Shown here: positions 15,231-24,350 of the stretch, piece by piece
How positions within the stretch are numbered: the stretch's first letter is position 1
Layout of the letters: each line of letters starts with the position of its first letter
DNA from: a bacterium
GTDB lineage: Bacteria > Bacillota > Clostridia > Oscillospirales > Oscillospiraceae
Assembly (NCBI GenBank): GCA_963613665.1
Contig: CAVEAL010000004.1
Coordinates: forward strand, 83,134 to 115,133
Length of the DNA: 32,000 bases
Direction of reading: 5' to 3'
Program-made: the position numbers and the translations under genes
The notes under the pieces: generated by a model
What the model saw: the letters and a program-made list of their open reading frames with translations, nothing else
The model's database searches: none
What the model was told of the DNA's origin: nothing

Positions 15231-15597
15231 AATACTCATGTACTTTCGCAGTCAGAAGAAGACAATGGGGGATGTGAGCCTGTCGGATGTGCTCGACACT
15301 GACGGAGATGGCAACAGTCTGTCGCTCATGGATGTTCTGTCGCAGGGCGACGAGATGAGTGAGCGAATAGGAGAACTTGAGCTGTGCGGAAGACTGCGCG
15401 GGCTAATTGACAGCAGCCTTGACGAGCGCGAGGCGATGATCATACGTCTGCGCTACGGGCTTGGCGGCAGCCTGCCCATGACGCAGCGCGAAACTGCCGG
15501 TATCTGCAAAATAAGCCGCTCGTATGTCAGCCGTCTCGAGAAAAAAGCGCTCGAAAAGCTCAGAGCAGAGCTCGGCGGCGATGAGGACGGAGCATAA
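15220..15597 (+). pseudogene. sigK: 3' segment of a split sporulation sigma-K gene (spoIIIC-like; end of region 2.4 through region 4)
   Basis: Reads IANEILMYFRSQKKTMGDVSLSDVLDTDGDGNSLSLMDVL...[49 protein letters not shown]. It aligns from memory to B. subtilis SigK from [22 protein letters not shown] to the end. There is no sigma region 1.2-2.3 upstream, because that frame is nonsense inside the recombinase gene. A gene caller would probably start at the ATG at 15238. Confidence 0.8.
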
Positions 15598-15662
15598 TTA
15601 TCTTGTATATGCCGTCGGTTTGTGGTAAAATAGCATGAAAAATTCCGGGGAGGTGAGCCTTA

Positions 15663-16454
15663 GTGCGTGTTAAGAAAACGGTGTGGACATTTTTCATGCT
15701 GATAATGACGGCTGTGCTTGTGCTTATCGTCAATTCGCGCGTTCAGCTCACGTCCGAGATAGTTGTCGGCGGGTCGGACTCGGTGTTTGTAAAGACCGAC
15801 AGTCTCGCCGACCCCATGGACGGCTATGAAACATCCGGCAAGGCCTCGCTCGAAAAATACGCGGACCTTGAGTTTCCGACGGTGACAATAACGGACTGGG
15901 AGTATATTCTTATAAACAGCGAAACGCCGGTGAAGTCCTATTCGCCGGAGCTCAAGCAGTTCGGAACGGACGGAGTGTATGTGGATAAGCGCATTATCGA
16001 CAGCCTATCCGAGCTCGTATCGGCGGCGAAGGAAGCGGGCTTTGAGCCTTACATAAGCGTCGGGTACAGATCGTATGCCGACCAGCAGCAGCTTTTTAAC
16101 GAAAAAGCCTCGGAGCTGAGCCGGAACGGCGCGTATACATACGAAGAAGCAAAGAGCATCGCCGCTGAGATCGTGGCAAAGCCCGGCACGAGCGATCACC
16201 AGACCGGTCTTGCCGTCGATATTTTCGACAAGGAGTACGAGGTGCTCGACTACAGCAAGATGGATTCGTCGTTCTTCGACTGGCTTGACGCAAACTGTGC
16301 ACAGTTCGGATTTATAAAGCGCTACCCAAGCAATAAAAAGAGCGTCACGGGCTGGGATGAGCCGTGGCACTACAGATACGTAGGCAAGGATGCCGCCGAG
16401 TTTATCACCGAAAACCGTATGTGCCTCGAAGAATTCGTCGCACACTACAGCTGA
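15663..16454 (+). CDS. D-alanyl-D-alanine carboxypeptidase, peptidase M15B (VanY-like), with N-terminal membrane anchor
   Basis: 263 aa. GTG start after GGGGAGGTG. Motifs SVGYRSYADQQ, SDHQTGLAVDI and EPWHYRYVG. Confidence 0.85.
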   Translation: MRVKKTVWTFFMLIMTAVLVLIVNSRVQLTSEIVVGGSDSVFVKTDSLADPMDGYETSGKASLEKYADLEFPTVTITDWEYILINSETPVKSYSPELKQFGTDGVYVDKRIIDSLSELVSAAKEAGFEPYISVGYRSYADQQQLFNEKASELSRNGAYTYEEAKSIAAEIVAKPGTSDHQTGLAVDIFDKEYEVLDYSKMDSSFFDWLDANCAQFGFIKRYPSNKKSVTGWDEPWHYRYVGKDAAEFITENRMCLEEFVAHYS

Positions 16455-16488
16455 ACAATAAATTGCGGCAGTATGTTTAAAATAATGC

Positions 16489-16517
16489 TTGCAATCACGA
16501 TATTTAGATGGTATTAT
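16489..16517 (+). promoter_or_regulatory. Candidate sigma-A promoter of the rimP-nusA-infB operon
   Basis: TTGCAA (16489-16494), 17-nt spacer, TATTAT (16512-16517), with a TG at the extended -10 position (TGgTATTAT). Confidence 0.5.
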
Positions 16518-16541
16518 AATAAGGTAAGTCAGTAAGCATGC

Positions 16542-16571
16542 AAGAGTGGGTCACAGCCCACTCTTTTTGTT
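16542..16571 (+). terminator. Intrinsic-terminator-like hairpin in the rimP leader (attenuator and/or terminator of the upstream gene)
   Basis: AAGAGTGGG-tcacag-CCCACTCTT followed by TTTTGTT. Lies about 25 nt downstream of the -10 element and 36 nt upstream of the rimP ATG. Confidence 0.55.
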
Positions 16572-16606
16572 GAGCATTTTGCGGATGATAAAATCAGGAG
16601 CATTGT

Positions 16607-17050
16607 ATGAGTAAGATCAGTGACAAGGTTGAGGCACTCGCACGGCCGGTGGTAGAGGAAGAGGGCTGCGAGCTGTGGAGCGTTGAGTATGTAAAAGAGG
16701 CAGGGACGTGGTATCTGCGTGTGTATATCGACAAGGAGGGCGGCGTCGGCATTGCCGACTGCGAGGCGATAAGCCGCAGGCTCGATCCGATACTTGACGA
16801 AGCAGATCCGGTACCCGACAGCTATGTGTTTGAAGTCGGTTCCGCCGGAGCGGAGCGTGAGCTCAGGCGTCCGTCGGATTTCGAGCGCTATATCGGCTCC
16901 GATGTTGAGGTGAAGCTCTATCAGCCCTATGAAGGCAGAAAGACCCTCGTCGGTACGCTCGATAAATACAGCGACGGGAATATAACGGTTTCCGGCGCGG
17001 AGTTTAAGAAAGAACAAGTTGCGCAGGTCAGGCTGCATGTAACCATATAG
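16607..17050 (+). CDS. rimP: Ribosome maturation factor RimP
   Basis: 147 aa. Conserved position upstream of nusA. Reads ELWSVEYVKEAGTWYLRVYIDKEGGV..DCEAISR. AGGAG RBS. Confidence 0.9.
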   Translation: MSKISDKVEALARPVVEEEGCELWSVEYVKEAGTWYLRVYIDKEGGVGIADCEAISRRLDPILDEADPVPDSYVFEVGSAGAERELRRPSDFERYIGSDVEVKLYQPYEGRKTLVGTLDKYSDGNITVSGAEFKKEQVAQVRLHVTI

Positions 17051-17071
17051 AAAAGAAGAGGTATATTGAAA

Positions 17072-18124
17072 ATGAACGCTGAATTTTTTTCTGCAATCGA
17101 AGATCTCGAAAAAGAAAAGGGCATACCCAGAGAATACATGTACGACAAAATAAAGCAGGCCATGCTTGCCGCATTCCGCCGCGATAATCCCGAGTGTGCG
17201 GATAATGTCGATATCCTGCTTGATGAGGACAGAAAGCGCATTGAGATGTATGTCAACAAGGTCGCTGTCGAGCAGGTCGAGGATCCCGCTCTTGAGATAG
17301 ATATCGAGGCCGCGAAGAAGATAACAAAGCGCGCAAAGCCCGGCGATACCATCAAGATCCCCGTGGAGACGAAAAAGTTCGGCCGCATTGCCGCTCAGTC
17401 GGCAAAGCAGGTCATAATCCAGGGCATCCGTGAGGCCGAGCGCGGCATCGTATACGAGGAGTTCACCTCCAAGGAGCATGAGATACTCACGGGCGTTGTC
17501 TCCCGCATCGAGCCGAGGACGGGCAGCGTATCCATCCGTATCAGCTCCAACAGCGAATATACCGAGGCCATGCTCTCGCCTAACGAGAGGATCAAGACCG
17601 AGCCCCTCAAGGAGGGCGACCGCATAAAGGTCTATGTCGTCGAGGTAAGAAATTCCACCAAGGGTCCTCAGGTACTCATAAGCCGCACGCATCCGGGCCT
17701 TGTAAAGCGTCTGTTCGAGCTTGAGGTGCCCGAGATATTCGACGGTACGGTCGAGATAAAGTCCATTGCCCGCGAAGCCGGAAGCCGCACGAAGATGGCG
17801 GTCTGGTCCACCGATCCCGATGTCGATCCCATCGGCTCCTGCGTAGGCCCCAAGGGCGGCCGCGTTGCGAGCATAGTCGATGAGCTCGGCGGCGAGAAGA
17901 TAGACATTATTAAATACAGCGAGATCCCCGAGGAGTACATTGCCGCGGCACTCGCTCCCAGCGAGGTCGTCAGCGTCACAATGCTCGAGGACGGTAAGAG
18001 CTGCCGTGTCGTAGTTCCCGACGGCCAGCTTTCGCTTGCCATCGGCAAAGAGGGACAGAATGCGCGTCTGGCCGCAAGACTGACGGGATTTAAGATCGAT
18101 ATAAAGCCCGAATCGGAGGCATAA
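17072..18124 (+). CDS. nusA: Transcription termination/antitermination factor NusA
   Basis: MNAEFFSAIEDLEKEKGI is a typical NusA N-terminus, followed by S1 and two KH domains (GSCVGPKGGRV, AIGKEGQNARLA). The ATG at 17072 is preferred over the track's TTG at 17066 because of RBS spacing. Confidence 0.95.
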   Translation: MNAEFFSAIEDLEKEKGIPREYMYDKIKQAMLAAFRRDNPECADNVDILLDEDRKRIEMYVNKVAVEQVEDPALEIDIEAAKKITKRAKPGDTIKIPVETKKFGRIAAQSAKQVIIQGIREAERGIVYEEFTSKEHEILTGVVSRIEPRTGSVSIRISSNSEYTEAMLSPNERIKTEPLKEGDRIKVYVVEVRNSTKGPQVLISRTHPGLVKRLFELEVPEIFDGTVEIKSIAREAGSRTKMAVWSTDPDVDPIGSCVGPKGGRVASIVDELGGEKIDIIKYSEIPEEYIAAALAPSEVVSVTMLEDGKSCRVVVPDGQLSLAIGKEGQNARLAARLTGFKIDIKPESEA

Positions 18125-18143
18125 ACGAAAGGAGGCAGCCGCA

Positions 18144-18410
18144 GTGCAGAAGAAAATACCGATGAGGCAGTGTCTGGGCTGCCGCGAGATGAAGCCGAAG
18201 CGCGAGCTTATCCGTGCGGTAAAATCGCCGGACGGGGAAGTGAGCCTTGATTTTAAGGGCAAGATGCCCGGCAGGGGCGCATATCTGTGCCCGAACGGCG
18301 AGTGCCTTAGAAAAGCAATGAAGTCCAGAGCGCTTGAGCGAGCCTTCTCCGTGCAGATACCCGAGGAGATATATGAAGCCTTACAGAGGCAGATGGAGGC
18401 GAGCCAATGA
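18144..18410 (+). CDS. ylxR: YlxR/RnpM family (DUF448) RNA-binding protein
   Basis: 88 aa. GTG start 8 nt after AGGAGG. KKIPMRQCLGCREMKPKRELIR and GRGAYLC motifs. Conserved position after nusA. Confidence 0.85.
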   Translation: MQKKIPMRQCLGCREMKPKRELIRAVKSPDGEVSLDFKGKMPGRGAYLCPNGECLRKAMKSRALERAFSVQIPEEIYEALQRQMEASQ

Positions 18411-18838
18411 GAGAGAAAGCCTTGAATCTGCTCGGACTCATGCGGAAAGCGAATGCTCTGAGCATCGGCGAGGAGGATACGGGCTCGGCTGTGAGAGAAC
18501 ATGCCGCAAAGCTTGTGATCGTTGCGTCGGATGCCTCGGATAACGCAAAAAAGCGCGCCGCAGGCTACATGCACGGGAGCAAAGCGCCGCTGATAACGGT
18601 TCCGTTTACGAAGGAAGATATATCAGAGCACGTCGGAAAAAGCGGCTGCTCGATGGCGGCCGTGTGTGATATCGGCTTTGCCGATGCCTTCATGAAGCTG
18701 CTGTGCGGTATATCGCCAGAGGAATACGGAGACGCCGCGCAGACGATACAAAGACGCGCCCAAATCGGCAAAAAGCGAAAAAACGACAGCACCAGGCAGA
18801 ATAACAAGAGGACAGGTAAAAGGAGGAGCAATGCATGA
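18407..18838 (+). CDS. ylxQ: L7Ae/YlxQ family ribosomal-protein-like RNA-binding protein with a basic C-terminal extension
   Basis: 143 aa. [16 protein letters not shown]...[17 protein letters not shown]. Overlaps the ylxR stop (ATGA) and the infB start. Confidence 0.8.
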   Translation: MREKALNLLGLMRKANALSIGEEDTGSAVREHAAKLVIVASDASDNAKKRAAGYMHGSKAPLITVPFTKEDISEHVGKSGCSMAAVCDIGFADAFMKLLCGISPEEYGDAAQTIQRRAQIGKKRKNDSTRQNNKRTGKRRSNA

Positions 18839-21180
18839 GCATGATTAATAAATACAGAGTACACGAGGTAGCAAAGGATTTTAACACCACATCCAAGGTG
18901 ATAACTCAGATATTAACGGACTATGCCACGACTCCGAAAAACCACATGCAGGTTCTTGAGAACAACGAACTTGACGTGATATTCGAATATCTGACCCAGC
19001 ATAATCAGGCCGGCAGTCTGGCCGATATATTTGCGTCCGCTCCCAAGACGGAGAGTGCAAAGCCTGCAGAGAAAAAGCAGGGAGGAAAGCCCGCAGCGGC
19101 GCCCTCTTCCGATAAGGCGGCAGCTCCCGCGCAGCCTGCGCCCGTAAAGAAGGAAAAGGAAAACAAGCCGCATGTACCGCGCCAGGTCGCGGAAAAGCGC
19201 GTTGTCGATACCCGCGGCAGCGCGGCGGTGAACATAGCCAAGTACGACGAGAAGTTTGACAACATGGCCGGCGACAAGAGCCGTAACCGTGACCGTGACC
19301 GCAAGGGCGGCAAGGAGAAGATCGTCAACAAGGCAAAGCAGCGCCAGCAGGGGCAGGCGGCATCGGCAAAGCGCCGTCAGGAAGAGCGCGACAAGATGCA
19401 GAAGCTCCAGCTTGAGATCGCAAAGAAGCAGCAGCTCAAGGTCATGATCCCGGACGAGATCAATGTCGGCGAGCTTGCGTCGAGAATGAAAAAATCCGCC
19501 GGCGAGGTCATAAAGCGCCTGATAAAGCTCGGCGTTTTCGCCTCCGTCTCCGATGTTGTCGATTACGACACCGCAGCGCTCGTTGCAATGGAGTTCGGCT
19601 GCAAGGTCGAAAAGGAGGTCGTCGTCACCGTTGAGGAGAAGCTTATCGACGATCACGAGGACAGCGCGGATGAGCTGATCGGACGTGCGCCGGTTGTCGT
19701 CGTCATGGGTCACGTTGACCACGGCAAGACCTCGCTTCTTGACTATATCCGCCATGCAAACGTCGCCTCCGGTGAGGCCGGCGGCATAACGCAGCATATA
19801 GGCGCGTACACCGTTGAGATAAACGGAAGCCCCATAACCTTCCTCGATACCCCGGGCCATGAGGCCTTTACCTCGATGCGTGCCCGCGGCGCGATGGTAA
19901 CGGATATCGCCATCCTCGTCGTCGCCGCCGACGACGGCATCATGCCGCAGACGGTCGAGAGCATAAATCACGCAAAGGCCGCGGGAATACCGCTTGTTGT
20001 CGCCATCAACAAGATGGACACCGTCGGTGCAAATCCCGAGCGCATAAAGCAGCAGCTTACCGAATACGATATCGTCCCCGAGGAGTGGGGCGGTGAGACC
20101 ATCATATGCCCGATCTCCGCCAAAACCGGCGAGGGCATTGACGCGCTGCTTGAAAACCTCGTCATTCTGGCAGAGGTCCAGGAGCTCAAGGCAAATCCGA
20201 ACCGCGCCGCAAAGGGCACCGTCATAGAGGCAAGACTCGACAAGGGCCGCGGCCCGATCATGACCGTTCTCGTGCAGAACGGAACGCTCAAGCTCGGCGA
20301 TATCATCATTGCAGGCACGGCTGTAGGCCGCGTGCGCACCATGATAAACGATAAGGGCGTGCGCATCACCGAGGCAGGCCCCTCCGTTCCGGTCGAGATA
20401 TCCGGCATGTCCGAGGTGCCGAGCGCAGGTGATACCTTCAACGCCGTCGCCGATGAGCGCATGGCCCGTGAGCTCGTCGAGGAGCGCAAGACCCAGCAGA
20501 AGAACGCAGCCTTCGGCAGCAGCAAGAAGGTCAGCCTCGAGGATCTGTTCAGTCAGATCCAGGCCGGTGAGATGAAGACTCTCAACATCATCGTAAAGGC
20601 CGACGTTCAGGGCTCGGCCGAGGCGGTCAAGGCTTCGCTTGAAAAGATAACAAACGACGAGGTGCGCGTAAAGGTCATCCACAGCGCAGTCGGCGCTATC
20701 AGCGAGTCCGACGTTATGCTCGCTGCGACCTCCGGTGCTATAATCGTCGGCTTCAATGTCCGTCCGGACAATGCCGCACGCGACAGCGCCGCGCGCGCGA
20801 ACGTCGATATGCGCATGTACCGCGTTATCTACGACTGCATCAACGAGATAGAGGCTGCCATGAAGGGCATGCTCGCACCGAAGTTCGAGGAGGTCATCAT
20901 CGGCCACGCCGAGGTGCGCGAGACCTATAAGGTCTCCAAGGTCGGCACCGTTACGGGCTGCTATGTCCTTGACGGCAAGATACAGCGCGGCTGCTCGGTC
21001 CGTGTCCTGCGCGACAATATCGTTATCCACGAGGGCGAGCTTGCGTCGCTGCGCCGCTTCAAGGACGACGTCAAGGAAGTCGCCAGCGGCTACGAATGCG
21101 GCATGCAGGTCGAGAAATTCAACGACATCAAGGTCGGCGACGTTATCGAATGCTTTGTTATGCAGCAGGTAAAGGTCTGA
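18835..21180 (+). CDS. infB: Translation initiation factor IF-2
   Basis: 781 aa. Low-complexity K/A/E-rich N-terminal region, then the GTPase domain [24 protein letters not shown] and NKMD. AGGAGG RBS. Confidence 0.97.
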   Translation: MSMINKYRVHEVAKDFNTTSKVITQILTDYATTPKNHMQVLENNELDVIFEYLTQHNQAGSLADIFASAPKTESAKPAEKKQGGKPAAAPSSDKAAAPAQPAPVKKEKENKPHVPRQVAEKRVVDTRGSAAVNIAKYDEKFDNMAGDKSRNRDRDRKGGKEKIVNKAKQRQQGQAASAKRRQEERDKMQKLQLEIAKKQQLKVMIPDEINVGELASRMKKSAGEVIKRLIKLGVFASVSDVVDYDTAALVAMEFGCKVEKEVVVTVEEKLIDDHEDSADELIGRAPVVVVMGHVDHGKTSLLDYIRHANVASGEAGGITQHIGAYTVEINGSPITFLDTPGHEAFTSMRARGAMVTDIAILVVAADDGIMPQTVESINHAKAAGIPLVVAINKMDTVGANPERIKQQLTEYDIVPEEWGGETIICPISAKTGEGIDALLENLVILAEVQELKANPNRAAKGTVIEARLDKGRGPIMTVLVQNGTLKLGDIIIAGTAVGRVRTMINDKGVRITEAGPSVPVEISGMSEVPSAGDTFNAVADERMARELVEERKTQQKNAAFGSSKKVSLEDLFSQIQAGEMKTLNIIVKADVQGSAEAVKASLEKITNDEVRVKVIHSAVGAISESDVMLAATSGAIIVGFNVRPDNAARDSAARANVDMRMYRVIYDCINEIEAAMKGMLAPKFEEVIIGHAEVRETYKVSKVGTVTGCYVLDGKIQRGCSVRVLRDNIVIHEGELASLRRFKDDVKEVASGYECGMQVEKFNDIKVGDVIECFVMQQVKV

Positions 21181-21239
21181 TAAAAAACTATTTCGGGCGG
21201 TCGTAAGACCGCCCGATGCACAGATACAGGAGGAGAAAA

Positions 21240-21602
21240 ATGCCTTCAAATAAACTGGCAAGGACAAATGACGATATTCAGCTTGTCATGAGCAAGCTTC
21301 TGCGCGAGATCAAGGATCCGCGCGTAAATCAGGGAATGATAAGCGTAACGCGCGTCGAAACGACGGGCGATATGCGCTACTGCAAGATATGGCTGTCCGT
21401 TATGGGGCTCGAAAACGAAAAGGAATTCAAAAAAGGGCTCAAATCGGCATCCGGCTGGCTGCGCAGGGAGCTCGGAAACTCGCTCAAGCTGCGCAATACA
21501 CCGGAGCCCGTTTTTGAGTTAGACCGCAGCATCGAATACGGTGCGCATATAAACGAGCTTATAAGCAGCCTTGACATTAAGCACGACGAGGATGTGGAAT
21601 GA
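21240..21602 (+). CDS. rbfA: Ribosome-binding factor A
   Basis: The ATG at 21240 follows AGGAGGAGAAAA, whereas the track start at 21216 has no RBS. Reads RTNDDIQLVMSKLLREIKDPRV..ISVTRVETTGDMRYCKIW. 120 aa. Confidence 0.9.
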   Translation: MPSNKLARTNDDIQLVMSKLLREIKDPRVNQGMISVTRVETTGDMRYCKIWLSVMGLENEKEFKKGLKSASGWLRRELGNSLKLRNTPEPVFELDRSIEYGAHINELISSLDIKHDEDVE

Positions 21603-22531
21603 ATATTAAAGAATGCGCCGCGTGGCTCAGAGAGCACGACAATATCCTGCTGCTGACTCATGCCCGGCCCGACGGCGATACACTCGGCGGAGCTGCCGCC
21701 CTGTGCTCTGCACTGCGCAGATCGGGCAAAAATGCCGCGTTATACAACAATACGGATATAACGCCGAAATACTTTAAATATGTAAAGGACTATATAACGG
21801 AAGGCTTTGACTATGACTGCACCGTCGCCGTCGATATCGCCGAGGCATATATGCTGCCGCACGGCTTTGAAGGGCAGGTAGACGTCTGCATAGACCACCA
21901 TCCGTCAAATTCGCATTATGCCGAACAGCTTCTGCTCGACGGCAGAAAAGCCTCCTGCGGCGAGATAGTGCTTCAGGTAATAAAGGAGCTGTGCGGAACG
22001 CTTACGGCAGACGAGGCAAGCCTTTTGTACATGGCAGTATCCACCGACTGCGGCTGCTTCCGCTATGCAAACGTGACCAGTGAGACCTTTGCCGCGGCCG
22101 GCGAGCTCCTCAGCTTCGGCGCGGATGCGCAAAGACTCAACTTTGAGCTGTTCCGTCAGGTGTCACGTGCACGCATGACGCTTGAGGGAAGCATGCTTTC
22201 CGGACTCAGGTATTTCTTTGACGGCAAGGTCGTCGCCGCAACGGTGACGCGCAAAATGATGCTCGATGCTGCCGCTTCGGATAACGACTGCGACGATATC
22301 GCCGGTATACCCGGCAGGGTCGAGGGCTGCGTCGTGAGCCTTGTTATACGCGAGTCTGGCGAAAACAGGAGCAGGGTCTCTGTAAGGTCGCACGAGTGCT
22401 TTGACAGCAGTGCACTCTGTGATCGCTTCGGCGGCGGCGGCCATAAGATGGCGGCAGGCTGCGTGATAGAGGCATCGACCGAGGAAACGCTGAGTATTCT
22501 CTTGTCTGCGATAGGTGAGGTACTCGGATGA
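21599..22531 (+). CDS. DHH/DHHA1 family phosphoesterase (NrnA-like oligoribonuclease/pAp phosphatase)
   Basis: 310 aa. Motifs HARPDGDTLGG, DHH (CIDHHPSN) and GGGGHKMAAG. ATGA overlap with rbfA. Confidence 0.8.
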   Translation: MNIKECAAWLREHDNILLLTHARPDGDTLGGAAALCSALRRSGKNAALYNNTDITPKYFKYVKDYITEGFDYDCTVAVDIAEAYMLPHGFEGQVDVCIDHHPSNSHYAEQLLLDGRKASCGEIVLQVIKELCGTLTADEASLLYMAVSTDCGCFRYANVTSETFAAAGELLSFGADAQRLNFELFRQVSRARMTLEGSMLSGLRYFFDGKVVAATVTRKMMLDAAASDNDCDDIAGIPGRVEGCVVSLVIRESGENRSRVSVRSHECFDSSALCDRFGGGGHKMAAGCVIEASTEETLSILLSAIGEVLG

Positions 22532-23403
22532 ACGGCATCATCCTTGTCGATAAGCCGCAGGACTGGACGAGCCACGATGTGGTCGCAAAGCTCCGCGGCG
22601 TTCTGCACGAGCGCCGTATCGGACACTCCGGGACGCTCGACCCGCTTGCAACGGGACTGCTTGTCGTATTCGTCGGCAGGGCGACACGCGCAGTGGAGTT
22701 TGCAGAGGCAGACAGCAAGGAGTATATTGCCGGGCTCCGCCTCGGACTGAGCACCGACACGCAGGACATTACGGGAAACGTAATCGCCCGCAGCGATAAG
22801 ATTCCGGATGAAAGCGCCGTGCGCGAAGCTGCCGGCAGGTTTATCGGCGATATCTGGCAGATACCGCCCATGTATTCGGCCGTTAAGGTCGGCGGCAAAA
22901 AGCTGTACGAGCTTGCACGCAGGGGACAGAGTGTGGACCGTGCTCCGCGCAGGATCAGGGTATACTCTATCAAGCCCGAAGGACGTGACGGCGAGGATTA
23001 TATCCTGAAGATAAACTGCTCGAAGGGCACCTATGTGCGCACGCTGTGCAGCGATATAGGCGATGCCCTCGGCTGCGGCGCGTGCATGAGTTCCCTGCGC
23101 AGGATAAGCGCCGGGGCTTTTACCGTTGATAATGCGCACAGTCTTGAAGCTGTCGAGGCCGCCGCGCGAGAGGGCAGACTGTCCGATATCCTTCTGCCTG
23201 CGGATACGCTGTTTGCGGATCATCCGGAGCTGAAAGTCGGCCGAAACGCGGCAAAGCGCCTTAAAAACGGCAATATAATAAATATTTCCGCCGAAGACGG
23301 AGACTACAGGGTCTATTCCGACTCCGGCGAATTTCTGCTTCTCGGCAGAGTGGAGAGCGGAAAGCTTAAAACTATCAAGAGCTTTTTTGAGGTAAACCAA
23401 TGA
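22528..23403 (+). CDS. truB: tRNA pseudouridine(55) synthase TruB
   Basis: 291 aa. Motifs GIILVDKPQDWTSHDVV, GHSGTLDPLATGLLVV and QIPPMYSAVK. Overlaps both neighbouring genes. Confidence 0.93.
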   Translation: MNGIILVDKPQDWTSHDVVAKLRGVLHERRIGHSGTLDPLATGLLVVFVGRATRAVEFAEADSKEYIAGLRLGLSTDTQDITGNVIARSDKIPDESAVREAAGRFIGDIWQIPPMYSAVKVGGKKLYELARRGQSVDRAPRRIRVYSIKPEGRDGEDYILKINCSKGTYVRTLCSDIGDALGCGACMSSLRRISAGAFTVDNAHSLEAVEAAAREGRLSDILLPADTLFADHPELKVGRNAAKRLKNGNIINISAEDGDYRVYSDSGEFLLLGRVESGKLKTIKSFFEVNQ

Positions 23404-24296
23404 CAAAACAAAAGGTAATGGCGCTCGGCTTTTTCGACGGCATCCACATCGGTCACGCGGCGCTCATAAACATGATAAAGCAGCGTGCGCAGGAAACGGG
23501 TGCGGAGCCAGCCGTGCTCACGTTCGATGTTCACCCGGACAATCTTGTTTTCAACAGGACTGTTCCGCTGATAAACAGCGCCGAGGACAGGGTGAATATA
23601 CTAAAGCGATGCTTCGGCATCGACGATGTTGTAGTCGTGCACTTCAGCCGCCGCGTTATGTGCATGGATTGGAAGGATTTTATCGACGAGCTCATTGATG
23701 AAATGGATCTGCGATGGATCGTCGTCGGGCATGATTTCTGCTTTGGCCACAAGGGCCTCGGCACGGCCGAAAAGCTCCGCGGCTACTGCGCACAGCGCGG
23801 TATCGGCTGCGATATCATTCCCGCTGTGCGGCGCGACGGAGTGATCGTGAGCTCCACGCTCATCCGTGAGCTCATAGAGAACGGCGATATGGAAAAAGCA
23901 AACGCTTTCCTCGGCCATCCGCACACGTTGACCGACCATGTCCGCAGCGGCTATCGTCTCGGTACGAAAATGGGCACTCCGACCATCAATATGGGCTTCC
24001 CGCAGGGCGTTATCGTCCCGCGTCACGGCGTTTATGCCGCAAAGGCGTATATCGACGGGCAGGAGTACCTTTCGGTGACGAATGTCGGTGTCCGTCCGAC
24101 AGTGAGCGACAGCGGCAATGTCAATGTTGAGAGCTTCCTGCTCGACTTCAGGGGTAATCTCTACGGCCATGAGGCACGCATAGACTTCTACAGCTTCCTG
24201 CGCCCCGAACGCAGATTTTCGGACCTCGCCGAGCTGTCGGCTCAGATAAAGCACGACGCGCAGACAACGCGTGAGTATTTCGATAGCCTAAAATAA
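23400..24296 (+). CDS. ribF: Bifunctional riboflavin kinase / FMN adenylyltransferase
   Basis: 298 aa. Motifs ALGFFDGIHIGHAAL, SSTLIRE and the C-terminal kinase PTINM...GVYA. Confidence 0.93.
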   Translation: MTKQKVMALGFFDGIHIGHAALINMIKQRAQETGAEPAVLTFDVHPDNLVFNRTVPLINSAEDRVNILKRCFGIDDVVVVHFSRRVMCMDWKDFIDELIDEMDLRWIVVGHDFCFGHKGLGTAEKLRGYCAQRGIGCDIIPAVRRDGVIVSSTLIRELIENGDMEKANAFLGHPHTLTDHVRSGYRLGTKMGTPTINMGFPQGVIVPRHGVYAAKAYIDGQEYLSVTNVGVRPTVSDSGNVNVESFLLDFRGNLYGHEARIDFYSFLRPERRFSDLAELSAQIKHDAQTTREYFDSLK

Positions 24297-24310
24297 ACGG
24301 TAGATCCAAA

Positions 24311-24342
24311 ACGCCCCGCGGCATTTCATTGCCGCGGGGCGT
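24311..24342. terminator. Bidirectional terminator between the convergent ribF and prfC genes
   Basis: ACGCCCCGCGGCA-tttcat-TGCCGCGGGGCGT, a 13-bp GC-rich stem flanked by A/T runs on both sides. Confidence 0.7.
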
Positions 24343-24350
24343 AAATTTTA

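Noticed and set aside
13881-15239. 452-aa ORF antisense to the serine recombinase gene
   Set aside because: It is a codon-register shadow ORF. The recombinase domains on the + strand are unambiguous.
16529-18574. 681-aa ORF antisense to rimP, nusA and ylxR
   Set aside because: It is a codon-register shadow of strongly conserved genes. There is no RBS and the composition is not protein-like.
19255-19300. Short CGTGACCGTGACC-type microrepeat in infB
   Set aside because: It simply encodes the [11 protein letters not shown] low-complexity linker of the IF-2 N-terminal region. It is not a structural repeat element.
18913-21267. 784-aa ORF antisense to the whole of infB
   Set aside because: It lies in the same codon register as infB, so antisense stops can arise only from sense TTA, CTA or TCA codons, which this genome avoids. 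The product is R/A/G/L/D-rich low-information sequence with no RBS. infB itself is unambiguous.
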